IMG/VR virus record: IMGVR_UViG_3300017605_001488
Span: 1-64,000 of that record
DNA length: 64,000 nt
Reading direction: 5' to 3' (one strand)
Origin: a virus
This document shows positions 27,758 through 37,362 of this stretch, in pieces. The notes beneath the pieces were generated by a model. That model searched no databases, was not told the DNA's origin, and saw only the letters and a list, made by a program, of their open reading frames with translations. Positions within the stretch are counted from its first letter, which is position 1; every line of letters begins with the position of its first letter. A program made the position numbers and the translations under genes.

Positions 27758-28093
27758 GTGGGCGCCATCCGCGGCTCGGCCATGCGCGACACGTACGACG
27801 TGTCGTTCGAGCGTTCCATCGTTCGACAGATACGGCTGAGCGGCGACCTGCGGAACACGCCCGGACGATTCCACATCCCGGTTCCGCCGCTCAAGCACCT
27901 CGACGACATCCGTGGGTTCGCGGAGAGCTTCCTCGCCGCCGGAAAGCACCCCCGCGATTTCCTCGCACCTGGCTCCTCGTACATCACCCCCCTCGAATCG
28001 TTCGTCGGCATGGACATCACCCGCGAGAACATGATGGCCGTTCGTGCCATCATCGACCTCGTCACCGACGCCGCGATGAGCACCGAACCATGA
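27758..28093 (+). CDS. Hypothetical protein (paralogue of the next gene)
   Basis: FVGMDITRENMMAVRAIIDLV. Confidence 0.65.
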   Translation: MGAIRGSAMRDTYDVSFERSIVRQIRLSGDLRNTPGRFHIPVPPLKHLDDIRGFAESFLAAGKHPRDFLAPGSSYITPLESFVGMDITRENMMAVRAIIDLVTDAAMSTEP

Positions 28094-28572
28094 GCACCCA
28101 CCCCGGACCCAAGGACTACACCCCGATCGACTTCGCCGGGATCGAACAACGCCTGGTCGCCACCATCCGGAAGTTCGGCGACGGGCATGGGTTGCGCACG
28201 CTGCACACGCTCGACGACTTCCTCGAGCACGCCCCGGCCTACCTCGCCGCCGGACTCGAACCCGCCGGATTCGTACCGGTGCACATGGTCGAGTTCCACA
28301 TCGCGCTCGCCCCGTACGTGGGCATGGACAACACCCCCGAGAACGTCGCCGCCGTGCGCGCCACCATTCACCTGGTGCACGCCGATCTGCAAGCCAACAT
28401 CGGATTCAAGCAGCTCGGCACGGTCACCGGACGCACATCGTCGTCCAAGCCCAACATCGCGCAGGTGATGCGCGGCCGTGATGCGCTGTTCACCAAGGAC
28501 GAGGCGCAACGGTTCGTCGAGGACTTCGAAGACTTCGTCGAGGGGCGCACACAGCGCGTGCTCAAACGTTGA
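28090..28572 (+). CDS. Hypothetical protein with a PolA-like TGRxSSxxPN motif
   Basis: YVGMDNTPENVAAVRATIHLV; GTVTGRTSSSKPNIAQV. Confidence 0.65.
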   Translation: MSTHPGPKDYTPIDFAGIEQRLVATIRKFGDGHGLRTLHTLDDFLEHAPAYLAAGLEPAGFVPVHMVEFHIALAPYVGMDNTPENVAAVRATIHLVHADLQANIGFKQLGTVTGRTSSSKPNIAQVMRGRDALFTKDEAQRFVEDFEDFVEGRTQRVLKR

Positions 28573-28604
28573 CGGCCGGCAACCCGAAAGGGTCCCGGCC
28601 GCCA
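28570..28604. terminator. Hairpin between convergent genes, likely terminator
   Basis: TGACGGCCGG-ca-ACCC-GAAA-GGGT-c-CCGGCCGCCA; no clear U-tract. Confidence 0.55.
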
Positions 28605-28620
28605 TGGCGTTGCTCGAGGT

Positions 28621-28863
28621 TCAGAATGTGAACGTGTACGAGACGAGGTCCATCGCCTCGCACGCGAGCATCGACGGTTCGACCGCCCGGCACACGTCGG
28701 TCGACGGCGTCGTCGTCGACGCGGCCGGCAGGGTCCACGGCGGCTTCCCGCCACCAGTGCACGCGCCGCCGGCGTTGCCGGTGCGCACGCTACCGTGCCG
28801 ACGCAGGGTGCCGTCCTTCTTGAGCATGATGTGGTCGCCGCAGTCGGGGCAGATTCCGTACAT
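28621..28863 (-). CDS. Small zinc-binding hypothetical protein
   Basis: GICPDCG...DGTLRRH...CTGGG. Confidence 0.55.
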   Translation of the reverse strand: MYGICPDCGDHIMLKKDGTLRRHGSVRTGNAGGACTGGGKPPWTLPAASTTTPSTDVCRAVEPSMLACEAMDLVSYTFTF

Positions 28864-28868
28864 GGCGA

Positions 28869-29186
28869 TCACGCGTTCCCGCCGATGCAACGGTCCGCAT
28901 GCGTGCGCACACGGTAGTCACAACGGTTGAGCAGCATCCGCGGGCGGCGAGCCGGACGGACCGGGTACATCGGGGCGAAGATGCGCGCGAGGCCGTCGAC
29001 GTTGGACACGTCGCCGAGGAGGCGCGTGACGATGTCGACGGTGCCCGAGCGGTACGACGACATGCAGTCCGTTTCGCCCATCATCGACGTGCGTACGTGC
29101 GCGGCGGGGCGGCAGACGTTCGAGAGCTCGGCGACGAGCGAGGCGTGCATGCGGGCGAAGTCGGTAGCGGGGTTGCGGTTGGTCAT
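28869..29186 (-). CDS. Hypothetical protein
   Basis: Starts MTNRNPAT. Confidence 0.5.
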   Translation of the reverse strand: MTNRNPATDFARMHASLVAELSNVCRPAAHVRTSMMGETDCMSSYRSGTVDIVTRLLGDVSNVDGLARIFAPMYPVRPARRPRMLLNRCDYRVRTHADRCIGGNA

Positions 29187-29269
29187 GCACCCCACCATTG
29201 CAGCCAGGAGGCCAAACACGAAGCCTACGTAAGTCTTGAATACCGCTCGCGCGAGTAACCCTTGGGATG

Positions 29270-29671
29270 CTACGAGCTCGGGATCCTTTGGCCACTACCG
29301 GCCGCGTATTCGATGGCCAGGTCCCGCAACGCCTCGAGCGAGGACATGACGCCAGCAATGCCGGTGCTCACGTTGTCGACGACCGCGGCGGTGAACCGCG
29401 CGAACCGGTGCTCGGCACCGCTAGCCATGAGCAGACGTGCGTGCGCAACCAGGGCCTCCTCATGCTCGCGGGTCCACCGCTTGCCGTCCCACACCGCCAG
29501 CAGTTCGAAGGAAACCCACCGCACAATCCATTCGTCCTGCGGTCGGGCATACCCCCCGTGACGGCTGCGATCGTGGTCGCGCCTCCTCGCAAAGCGCGGG
29601 TCCACCAACGCCCGGCGGGTGACGATGCCGGCGATGACCTCGAACGTGAACCGGACCTTACGACGACGCAT
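29270..29671 (-). CDS. Hypothetical protein
   Basis: 133 aa ORF. Confidence 0.55.
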   Translation of the reverse strand: MRRRKVRFTFEVIAGIVTRRALVDPRFARRRDHDRSRHGGYARPQDEWIVRWVSFELLAVWDGKRWTREHEEALVAHARLLMASGAEHRFARFTAAVVDNVSTGIAGVMSSLEALRDLAIEYAAGSGQRIPSS

Positions 29672-30251
29672 CGCCGCGCCATTCGATGCGTTGGGTGACG
29701 GGGTCGACCACGAGCTCGGGGTGCTCGTTGCCGAACATCATCGACACGGCCGATGCCCACCCACCCAACCGCATCGCGGCAATGAGCGCCACGGCGAGCT
29801 CGGCGCGCTTCTCCCCGGGCGCGGTCATCACGAACGCGATGGCTTGCCGGGCGCGCTTCCGGAGTAGGTCGGCGTCGGTGTTGTTCGCACGACCAGCGCG
29901 ACCGTACAGCCACACGCACTCCCACAGGTGCATCACCCACCGCTGAATCGACCGCCCGCGCAGCTCGCGCGACGCCGACCGCAACGCGTCGGGCACGCCG
30001 TTGTCGGGCCAGTACTTCCAACGCTTCCGCACGGTACGCAACGCCACCCACTCGTCGGGCCGCCCGAACCCCATCTCCCACGGCTGCTTCTTCAGCGACA
30101 TCCGACCCGTCCATCTCGCCGACAACGTCATGTTCACCGTCACCGGAATCACGTGCGTATGCATCACCGACACCGGCGATCCCGCACGCCCCACCGTGAC
30201 CACGGGCTCGCCGTCGATGAACACCTCGCACGGGGTCGGGTGTGCGTTCAT
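29658..30251 (-). CDS. Hypothetical protein (PxW...RLG family)
   Basis: IQRW...AELAVALIAAMRLGG. Confidence 0.6.
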   Translation of the reverse strand: MNAHPTPCEVFIDGEPVVTVGRAGSPVSVMHTHVIPVTVNMTLSARWTGRMSLKKQPWEMGFGRPDEWVALRTVRKRWKYWPDNGVPDALRSASRELRGRSIQRWVMHLWECVWLYGRAGRANNTDADLLRKRARQAIAFVMTAPGEKRAELAVALIAAMRLGGWASAVSMMFGNEHPELVVDPVTQRIEWRGDASS

Positions 30252-30454
30252 CCGAGCCCTTCTCGGGTCGCCCACCACTTCTGCACGACGACCGTGCCTT
30301 CGCCCGGCATCTCGTACACCTCGCTGTCGTCGTGCACCACAGACTTCGGGATCCACCGCTCGTCATCCTCGTCGTCGATCTGGACGAGGATGGCCTTTTC
30401 TGTCTCGCGCACGCACCGCCCACGACCGATCGTCACCGCGTCATTGCTTGCCAT
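30248..30454 (-). CDS. Small conserved-type phage protein
   Basis: RETEKAILV...WIPKS...V-x2-WWA-x2-EGL pattern common in phages. Confidence 0.75.
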   Translation of the reverse strand: MASNDAVTIGRGRCVRETEKAILVQIDDEDDERWIPKSVVHDDSEVYEMPGEGTVVVQKWWATREGLG

Positions 30455-31214
30455 CGTCCGCCTCCTGCATTGCCGCCGTCCGCTCCCACCGGTTCGTGCC
30501 CACGAGCTCGGGGTACGTCTCGAGCAAGTACGCCCGCACCGGCATCCCAATCAACCGGATGGCGTCGGGGCGGTCCGGCCAGTGATCGACCGGCGGCATC
30601 CCCGCAAACGAGCTGTCGACGACACGGCGCAGGTGCTTGTCGTGCAACAACCACATGACGGCGCTGAGCGCGTCGCGGAACGGTTCATCGTCGATCGCCC
30701 GTTGGGTGACCGCGGGCCACACCAACCGAGGTTCGGTCGACTTCACGGCTTTGCCCGTGTGCGTGGTCGCCTTGGGCGGGCGCACAATCACCCCCACGTC
30801 GAGCATCGCCTGCATCCACCACGGCACGAAGAACGTCTGAAACACCTTCTCGTCGTCGTGCTTCGCCCCGCTGTGAATGCTCGGCGCGTTGACCGGGTAC
30901 GAGTTGCGCACGCGCCACGGGACGCCGTCGACCGGTTCGTCGGCACCCGTCTCCCGCCATCGCACCGCTACGAACGTGTAGCCGGTGGTCTTCTCGATGA
31001 GGTACTTGCACAACGACCCGGTGGTCAGCACCCAATTGCGCGCCGCGAAGTGCGCGAGGATGGCACCACCGGCATGCTGCCCGGAACCGGCGCACGCTCG
31101 GCACGGCGTGAACACGCGTGCGTACGTGGTGCGGCGACCGCTCGTGCATCGCCCGCACCCGAGCCCTTCAAGCACCTTGTCGGCCTCCATCGACCGATGA
31201 GCGATGACGGTCAC
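30441..31214 (-). CDS. Zinc-ribbon protein (PxW family)
   Basis: CGRC/CRACAGSG; VPWW...RAIDDEPFRDALSAV. Confidence 0.65.
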   Translation of the reverse strand: MTVIAHRSMEADKVLEGLGCGRCTSGRRTTYARVFTPCRACAGSGQHAGGAILAHFAARNWVLTTGSLCKYLIEKTTGYTFVAVRWRETGADEPVDGVPWRVRNSYPVNAPSIHSGAKHDDEKVFQTFFVPWWMQAMLDVGVIVRPPKATTHTGKAVKSTEPRLVWPAVTQRAIDDEPFRDALSAVMWLLHDKHLRRVVDSSFAGMPPVDHWPDRPDAIRLIGMPVRAYLLETYPELVGTNRWERTAAMQEADDGKQ

Positions 31215-31546
31215 GGCTCCCTCATGCGCCGGCGAACCTCGCGACGTTGCGCCTCGACCGCGCGCTTGAACTCCCACCGCCGGTAGGCTTCGACCACACG
31301 ATCGACCGCGCGATACACCAATCCGTGCTCGACGACGTACACGGCCGGATGCCCCAACAAGACCCGGTTGCGCGCCCCGTGGATGCGCCGCGTGTAGTAC
31401 CACGACAACGGCCACGGCATGTCCGCTGCTTGCGCGAGCAGCCGCTCGAACTCCGCCGCCAAGCTACCCGGCATCGGGATGGACGAATCGGTGCACATGC
31501 GCGCCGCCGAATCCTGCGCCAGCCATTCATCGACGTGCTTACCCAT
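31211..31546 (-). CDS. Hypothetical protein
   Basis: 111 aa; AAGGAGGT RBS. Confidence 0.6.
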   Translation of the reverse strand: MGKHVDEWLAQDSAARMCTDSSIPMPGSLAAEFERLLAQAADMPWPLSWYYTRRIHGARNRVLLGHPAVYVVEHGLVYRAVDRVVEAYRRWEFKRAVEAQRREVRRRMREP

Positions 31547-31994
31547 CGGCGACCTCCTTACGCACGCGCGCGAGCTCCGCCTGCACCTCGGGCAACCGCT
31601 CGAGCTCGAACGTCGACGGCGTCGACGACCACGTGCAGCTCCCGCAAACCATCACCGTGAGCCCGTCCTCACCGCTGGCAAGCGGCCCATCCACGAACTC
31701 CACCCGCCATCCCGGGCACCCCGGCACGGGCGGATCGATCTCGAGCATGGTGCACGGCTCCGTCCGCTTCGCGCGCGTCTTCGCGTTGGCGCGCTCGACC
31801 TTCTCCTGTTCGCGTTGCTCCGCCACCGCACGAGCGGCGTGCCGCTGTTGCAGCTTCTCCTCGCTACGCACGGCACGCGTCACCTCGTGCAACGCATGCA
31901 CGCTCAGCGCGCGCTTGGCTGCACGGTTCTTCGGCAGCTTGTTCCCGTCGTAGTCGGGGTCGTATCCCTTGAGGTTGAACCGAGGTCCGGCCAT
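31539..31994 (-). CDS. Hypothetical protein
   Basis: 151 aa ORF. Confidence 0.6.
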   Translation of the reverse strand: MAGPRFNLKGYDPDYDGNKLPKNRAAKRALSVHALHEVTRAVRSEEKLQQRHAARAVAEQREQEKVERANAKTRAKRTEPCTMLEIDPPVPGCPGWRVEFVDGPLASGEDGLTVMVCGSCTWSSTPSTFELERLPEVQAELARVRKEVADG

Positions 31995-32024
31995 GGCCGA
32001 CTACCTTGCGCGCATCGGGAGTGA

Positions 32025-33047
32025 TTAGGACGTGGGTGGCCCGTGCACCGGGCACGACGCCCGTGCTGCAATCGCTTCGATCGACATCGTGTCATCGATG
32101 CACGTGCACATCGGCGCGTTGACGGCGGCGAGCTTCTGTGAGCTGCGCGCGGTCGGCGTCTCCTTGTCGGTGTCGGGCGGCTTGGAGTCGAGCTCGGCAC
32201 GGTCGACGTAGTACGGATCGTTCGGTGCGGTCTCCGGTTGCGTCGGTGCGGGTTCGTGCGGCACGGGGATGACCAGGCTGTCGACCCACGCGTACACGGC
32301 CTCGCGCGGACCGTTGAACACGTCGTGGTCGACGTTCACGCGCCCACCATCGATGCCCGGCACGTGCAGCGGCTTCTCGTTACCCGGTGCTTGGTCACCC
32401 GACCGTTGGTGCCATGCCCACGTCTTCCACGGGTGCGGGACATAGATGGTCGGGTTCGCCACGTACGCCGCGAGACACAACGGGCGACGTGCGAGCTCGA
32501 TGGCCTTCTCGATCGGGATGTTGCCCGCGTGCTCGTTGAAGAACGGGCCACCGGTGTACTGCACGGTGAGCCTGCCGGTGCGTGCTTCACACGCGGCATA
32601 GAACGCGAGGTGCCAATCCACGAACGGGCCACCGTTCGCGATGCGCCGCGCCTCCTCCGAATCGAGCATGTAGAACGCGAACGGCCCACCGACCGCATCG
32701 CACACGTCGATGAAGTGGTTAGCCTCCGCGACGGCGTCGTCCTTCGACGGGTCCGGGTGGTCGAAGTGGTACGCACACACGAGCAACGGACGAAGGCCGT
32801 GCGCGATGCGCAACGCATCGGTCGATCGGATGCCACGCACGTGCGGTGCGAAGTCCGGGTCGGCACCACCGTTGCCGTCGGTGGCCTTGACGATGACGCC
32901 GAGGATGGGTTCCCCGTCGTCCATCTTCGCCAACGCCACGGCGTTCCACTCGATGCGCGTGTCGGGCTGGCACGAGCTGATGTCGATCATGTGCGACACG
33001 ACCTTGCGGTCGGTCGGTGTCGGTTCCGTGGTGCGGTACGGGTTCAC
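32025..33047 (-). CDS. GH25 muramidase (endolysin-like)
   Basis: IDISSCQ, VIVKATDG, AYHF, catalytic LDSE, YTG, W-x2-WHQ, VDHDVF. Confidence 0.88.
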   Translation of the reverse strand: MNPYRTTEPTPTDRKVVSHMIDISSCQPDTRIEWNAVALAKMDDGEPILGVIVKATDGNGGADPDFAPHVRGIRSTDALRIAHGLRPLLVCAYHFDHPDPSKDDAVAEANHFIDVCDAVGGPFAFYMLDSEEARRIANGGPFVDWHLAFYAACEARTGRLTVQYTGGPFFNEHAGNIPIEKAIELARRPLCLAAYVANPTIYVPHPWKTWAWHQRSGDQAPGNEKPLHVPGIDGGRVNVDHDVFNGPREAVYAWVDSLVIPVPHEPAPTQPETAPNDPYYVDRAELDSKPPDTDKETPTARSSQKLAAVNAPMCTCIDDTMSIEAIAARASCPVHGPPTS

Positions 33048-33421
33048 GACGCGACCGCCTCAGCCTCACGACGTTTCGCCTCGAGCTCCTTGCGCTTGCG
33101 CTCGACACACGGCGGGCAGCCCTTCCCGGTGACGCACGTGGCGCATCCGAATGCGTTGCAGAAGATGCACCGCCCCACCTCGGTCACCAGCTGCCGGCAC
33201 ATCGCGCACTCGTACGGCCAGTGATGCAAACCCACGAACACGCGCGGGTTCGCTGCCTTGAGCGCTTCCGCCACACGCGTCGCCCACAAGCTCGCCGGAC
33301 GACCGAGGCCCGCGGACACGAGCTCGTCGACCGTGATGCTGGCCGCCGCCGCCGACTCGATCAGCAGCGTTCGCGTTTCGTACGACCGGGTGCGCAGGAT
33401 CTCGTGCTTGGTCTCGTGCAT
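33044..33421 (-). CDS. Cys-rich hypothetical protein
   Basis: Several CxxC pairs. Confidence 0.55.
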   Translation of the reverse strand: MHETKHEILRTRSYETRTLLIESAAAASITVDELVSAGLGRPASLWATRVAEALKAANPRVFVGLHHWPYECAMCRQLVTEVGRCIFCNAFGCATCVTGKGCPPCVERKRKELEAKRREAEAVAS

Positions 33422-33440
33422 GCCCACGAGGCTAGCAGCA

Positions 33441-34223
33441 TCACGGGAGCCCGACCAGCTTGCCCATCTGCGCGGACAACGACCAATCGGGGTGCGCGAG
33501 CACGAACCCGATGCACCGCTCGAGGTAGTGGTTGTAGAGCGTCCCACCAATCATCCGCGTCTCGTCGTCGACGGCGTCGCCCGCACCAAGCCGTAGGTGC
33601 GTGAGCTGCACACTGTTGGGGTCGAGCAACGGGTCCTGCGGTGTGACGAACAACCGATCGTACTTGCCCGCACGCGCCAGCGCGACGAGCTCGTCGTCGG
33701 TCCATCCGTCGGTCGGGCGGTCCGGCGATGCCCCCGGCAACACCACGCGGAGCTCGTGCGCGGTCGCGATGACGAGCTTGGCACCGCGCTTCGGACTGAC
33801 GACGACGTGGTCGAATACGTGGTACGCACCACCGCCGGCCCACGTCGTCGGGGTGCACCCGTTGGTCTCGACGGCGATGCGCCACCCATCCAACCGCAAG
33901 TCGTTGATGAGGTATCGATCGACCTGCAACAGCGGTTCGCCGCCGGTGAACAAGCACCACCGCGGGCGGTTGTCGCCGATTTCGGTGGACGCCGCCCACG
34001 CACCATTCATCACCGCGATGAGGTCGTCGTGCTCAACGATGGTGCCACGCTGGAAGTCGGCATCACACCACTGCGAGCACGGGCTCGGCCCATCATCACG
34101 ATGCAATGGGTGCCCGTCCCACAGGTTGCACCCGGCGAAGTGCACCGACACCACACGCGAGCCGGCGCGGGCGCCCTCGCTCACGAGCGTGTTGTTGACC
34201 GCTTTGATTGCATACGACGACAT
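33441..34223 (-). CDS. queE: QueE-like radical SAM protein (divergent 7-carboxy-7-deazaguanine synthase homologue)
   Basis: FAGCNLW, CDADF, FTGGEPLLQ, AVETNG, VSPK, WSLSAQ...P C-terminus; AAGGAGG RBS. Confidence 0.8.
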   Translation of the reverse strand: MSSYAIKAVNNTLVSEGARAGSRVVSVHFAGCNLWDGHPLHRDDGPSPCSQWCDADFQRGTIVEHDDLIAVMNGAWAASTEIGDNRPRWCLFTGGEPLLQVDRYLINDLRLDGWRIAVETNGCTPTTWAGGGAYHVFDHVVVSPKRGAKLVIATAHELRVVLPGASPDRPTDGWTDDELVALARAGKYDRLFVTPQDPLLDPNSVQLTHLRLGAGDAVDDETRMIGGTLYNHYLERCIGFVLAHPDWSLSAQMGKLVGLP

Positions 34224-34233
34224 CGATCCCTCC

Positions 34234-34779
34234 TTAGAACGCTGGTGCGTCCTGCAAGCGTCCGGCGGCCTCCTCGGCACGTCGCCGCGCGCACGTGTCG
34301 CACACACCGGCGAGCTCCACGCGGTGCGCCGTGTGTCGCATCGGTCCGATGGGCTTGCCCCACTTGGCGCCGAGTGCGTCGGGGGCAAGCGTGAAGTACT
34401 CGACGGGTCGGACCTCGTCGCACTCCGGGCACCACCGCGCGCCGCGGTGCATGCACAACGGTTCGTCGGCGTAGTCGCAATCGTCACACCGCCACACGAT
34501 GGGGTCGCCGAACTTGTCCTTACCCGACCACCGCACGTTCGACCACGTGAGCTCAACGACCGCCGCATCCACCGTGTTCGACAAGAACATGTCGGTGCGG
34601 AACCGCCCGAACTCGACAAGGTGATCGGCTTCCTCGCGCGTCGTGAAGACGTACGGCTCCTGCCAACGATAGGTACCACCGAACCGTGTGGATCGATTCG
34701 CCCGGAAGAACGTGCCATCGCTCAACGCGATCACGAACCCTGGATGTTCAACCTCCTCACGGCTTCGCGCAGTAGACAT
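34234..34779 (-). CDS. Hypothetical zinc-binding protein
   Basis: CDDC, CPEC, CDTC. Confidence 0.6.
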   Translation of the reverse strand: MSTARSREEVEHPGFVIALSDGTFFRANRSTRFGGTYRWQEPYVFTTREEADHLVEFGRFRTDMFLSNTVDAAVVELTWSNVRWSGKDKFGDPIVWRCDDCDYADEPLCMHRGARWCPECDEVRPVEYFTLAPDALGAKWGKPIGPMRHTAHRVELAGVCDTCARRRAEEAAGRLQDAPAF

Positions 34780-35347
34780 GTGCTCGCACCTGCAACATCG
34801 ATCCGCTCACGTTCTTGAGCGTGCACCGCCAATCGATTTTCTTCGACGTGTCGGCGACGTTCTCGGCAAAGCTCTCGACGAGGATGCCCGGTGCGGAATT
34901 GCTGCCGAGCGTCTGATCGCAACTGCCCGCGACGAGCAGGTCGACCGCCGCATCGCACGACGCCGCCACAGAGATGACCAACCCCGCGTCGACCGTGGCG
35001 AGCGCCACACGTTCGTACACGCGCGCACGATCGAGCCCAACGCCCGGGTCACCCTTCGCGCCGGGCGCACCAGGAGACCCCGACAGTCCCGGCGCACCGG
35101 GGGTTCCGGGGTCTCCCTTCGGTCCCGACGGTCCGGTGCCGCCAGTGAGACCGTCCGCACCCGCGGGTCCGGGATCGCCTTTCGGTCCCGCTGGTCCCAT
35201 CGGGCCGATGTCGCCCTTGGGTCCCTGCGCACCGACCGGTCCCGCCGGTCCACGATCGCCGGCCGCACCCACGGTACCTTCGCCCGGCACCGCTGCCTGC
35301 CCACCGCACCCGACCACGAACATCAACGCAACGAGCAACTTCCGCAT
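34757..35347 (-). CDS. Collagen-like lipoprotein
   Basis: Signal peptide with lipobox VVGC, more than 20 G-X-Y triplets, Cys-containing C-terminal domain. Confidence 0.85.
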   Translation of the reverse strand: MRKLLVALMFVVGCGGQAAVPGEGTVGAAGDRGPAGPVGAQGPKGDIGPMGPAGPKGDPGPAGADGLTGGTGPSGPKGDPGTPGAPGLSGSPGAPGAKGDPGVGLDRARVYERVALATVDAGLVISVAASCDAAVDLLVAGSCDQTLGSNSAPGILVESFAENVADTSKKIDWRCTLKNVSGSMLQVRAHVYCAKP

Positions 35348-35370
35348 GACGGCACCTCCGCGCACCTCGA

Positions 35371-35420
35371 TTGCAGTCCTTGAACCATCACCACCTTCCG
35401 CACAATGGTTCAAGATGCAA
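35371..35420. promoter_or_regulatory. Inverted repeat upstream of the collagen-like gene
   Basis: CTTGAACCAT-N16-ATGGTTCAAG (35379-35414) flanked by TTGCA/TGCAA. Confidence 0.55.
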
Positions 35421-35443
35421 ACGCCTAGCGTCCGCACGGATAC

Positions 35444-37090
35444 TCACCGAGTGTGAACCTTCCCACCCTCGACGTGCCAGTGCGCATTCGCCCGCAACAG
35501 CCCGACCAAGTCCTCGCGGTGCGAGATGACCATCACCGTGCGGTTCGCGGCGAGCTCGTGCAACGCATCAACGGCGCGCATGGTGCCGTCCCCGTCCAAC
35601 GCATCGAACACCTCGTCGGCGAACATCGTACCGGGCACATGCCCGTGCGCCGCCGCCGACACCTCGCCGAGCGCCCACACCAACGCCACGTCGATCCGCC
35701 GCCGCTCACCGCCGGACGATGCGCGGTATCCGTACCCCGCACCCGCACCGTTGACGGTCAACGCGATGGCGTCGCTTGTGCCGCCGGTCTTCTTCTCGGT
35801 GTACGGGGACAACCCCAACGCGAGCTCCTTGCCCGCGATGCGCGACAACCACGCGTTCGCGACGGCCTCGAGCCCGGTGAGCGCGCGCCCGAGGATGTGC
35901 GCTCGTATCCCCTTCGTGCCGAGCACTTGCTCGACCACCTCGAGCAACGCCACCTCGCCCTCGGAGTGCTCGAGGTCGCGCGCGTTCTCCTGCACGGTGC
36001 GTTCGTACGTCGCGATAGCATCGGTCGCCGACGCAATGACGCGTTCGAGCTGTTCCCGCATGTCGGCGGACCGGCGCGCAGCGGCAACGGCATTCTCGAG
36101 GTCGCGCACACGCGCCGCCAACGTGTTGCGCTCCTCGGTCAGCTCCTCGAGCTCGACATCGATGCTCGACACGGATGCGCGGGCCTTCGTCGCCTCGGCC
36201 TCGAGCTCCTTCTCCTCGACGACGATGCGCCCCTGCAAGTCATCGCGGAGCGTTTGCGGGATCGGTTGGGAGCACGTCGGGCACGTCTCCGCACGCAACC
36301 GCGCGAGCATCTGCCGCATCGACGCCAACGTCCCGTCGTTGCGTGAACCGACCGCGGATGCCGCGCGCGACTTCAAGGTGAGCGCACGCATGTCGTTGTC
36401 GACCCCGGTGAGCATCGCCCGCAACCGCGTCGCCTGCGCCGCCTGGTCCGCATCGACGGGCACGACCTCGTGCATCGACAGCGTCGCCCGCGTCTCCTCC
36501 AACCGGCGCGCTTCGGCGGTCAACGCCTGCATCGCATAGTCGTGCGCGGCGCGATGGTTGACCACCGCCGCGCGAGCCTTCTGCAAGTCACCACGACACC
36601 GATCGAGCGCCACATCGAACCGCCCGTCACCGATGACGATGGACTCGAGCAACCGTTTGCGCTCGGCATCGGTGGACATCGTGAAGTGCGCCGCGTCCGA
36701 CGACGAGAACACCGACGACCGCCGCCACACATCCCAATCACCCACGACCTCGCCGAGCGCTTCCTGTGCCTTGGTGGCGTTCTCGTACGTGGGCGATGCC
36801 CCACCCGTGTCCCATTGCAGGACCGTTTTCCCCTTCGTGTTCTCGCGGAGGATGTCCAACCCATCGTACGTCTCGACGTGCACGCTGCTGTACCCACCCG
36901 GACGCCACACGGGCGTACCGCGCAACGTCTTCCCCCACGCGGCCACGGACAACGCCTCGACCAACGACGACTTCCCCACGCCGTTCTCGCCGGTGACGAC
37001 GACCAACCCGCGCTCGGGGAACACGAGATCGAGCTCGTCGTACGACATGAAGTTGACGGCCTGCACACGCTTGAGGTTCAAGGCAATCAT
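35444..37090 (-). CDS. SbcC/Rad50/gp46-like ABC ATPase
   Basis: GENGVGKS, CPTC zinc hook, SSGGE signature, DEVFDALD, VISH. Confidence 0.93.
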   Translation of the reverse strand: MIALNLKRVQAVNFMSYDELDLVFPERGLVVVTGENGVGKSSLVEALSVAAWGKTLRGTPVWRPGGYSSVHVETYDGLDILRENTKGKTVLQWDTGGASPTYENATKAQEALGEVVGDWDVWRRSSVFSSSDAAHFTMSTDAERKRLLESIVIGDGRFDVALDRCRGDLQKARAAVVNHRAAHDYAMQALTAEARRLEETRATLSMHEVVPVDADQAAQATRLRAMLTGVDNDMRALTLKSRAASAVGSRNDGTLASMRQMLARLRAETCPTCSQPIPQTLRDDLQGRIVVEEKELEAEATKARASVSSIDVELEELTEERNTLAARVRDLENAVAAARRSADMREQLERVIASATDAIATYERTVQENARDLEHSEGEVALLEVVEQVLGTKGIRAHILGRALTGLEAVANAWLSRIAGKELALGLSPYTEKKTGGTSDAIALTVNGAGAGYGYRASSGGERRRIDVALVWALGEVSAAAHGHVPGTMFADEVFDALDGDGTMRAVDALHELAANRTVMVISHREDLVGLLRANAHWHVEGGKVHTR

Positions 37091-37362
37091 TCGAAGTGTC
37101 CTCTCAGGTAAACGGGTAGCTTGCCGACGTTCGCGACGATGCACCGGTGCAACCGCGCACACGTGCCCAGCGCCGCACGCATGCGCATCTGCAACGCGAT
37201 CTCCTCACGACACTCGAGCGCTTGAGCGACGGGGTCGAGCTCCGCGTACCGGGCCTTCGATCGATCGAGGATGCCGCGATACCACAGCGCTGTGTCCTTG
37301 ATGGCCGCACGCGCGCGGTCGCGGTCGTCCCGGTCACGAACGATGTGCGTGCGGCTCGCCAC
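37087..37362 (-). CDS. Hypothetical protein between sbcD-like and sbcC-like genes
   Basis: Fills the gap; ATGA-coupled to the sbcC-like gene. Confidence 0.5.
   Translation of the reverse strand: MASRTHIVRDRDDRDRARAAIKDTALWYRGILDRSKARYAELDPVAQALECREEIALQMRMRAALGTCARLHRCIVANVGKLPVYLRGHFE

Noticed and set aside
33441-34223. Complete 7-deazaguanine DNA modification pathway
   Set aside because: Only a QueE-like gene is visible; no folE, queD, queC or dpdA recognised in the window.
35040-35280. 9-bp periodic GC-rich repeats
   Set aside because: Explained by collagen G-X-Y codons.
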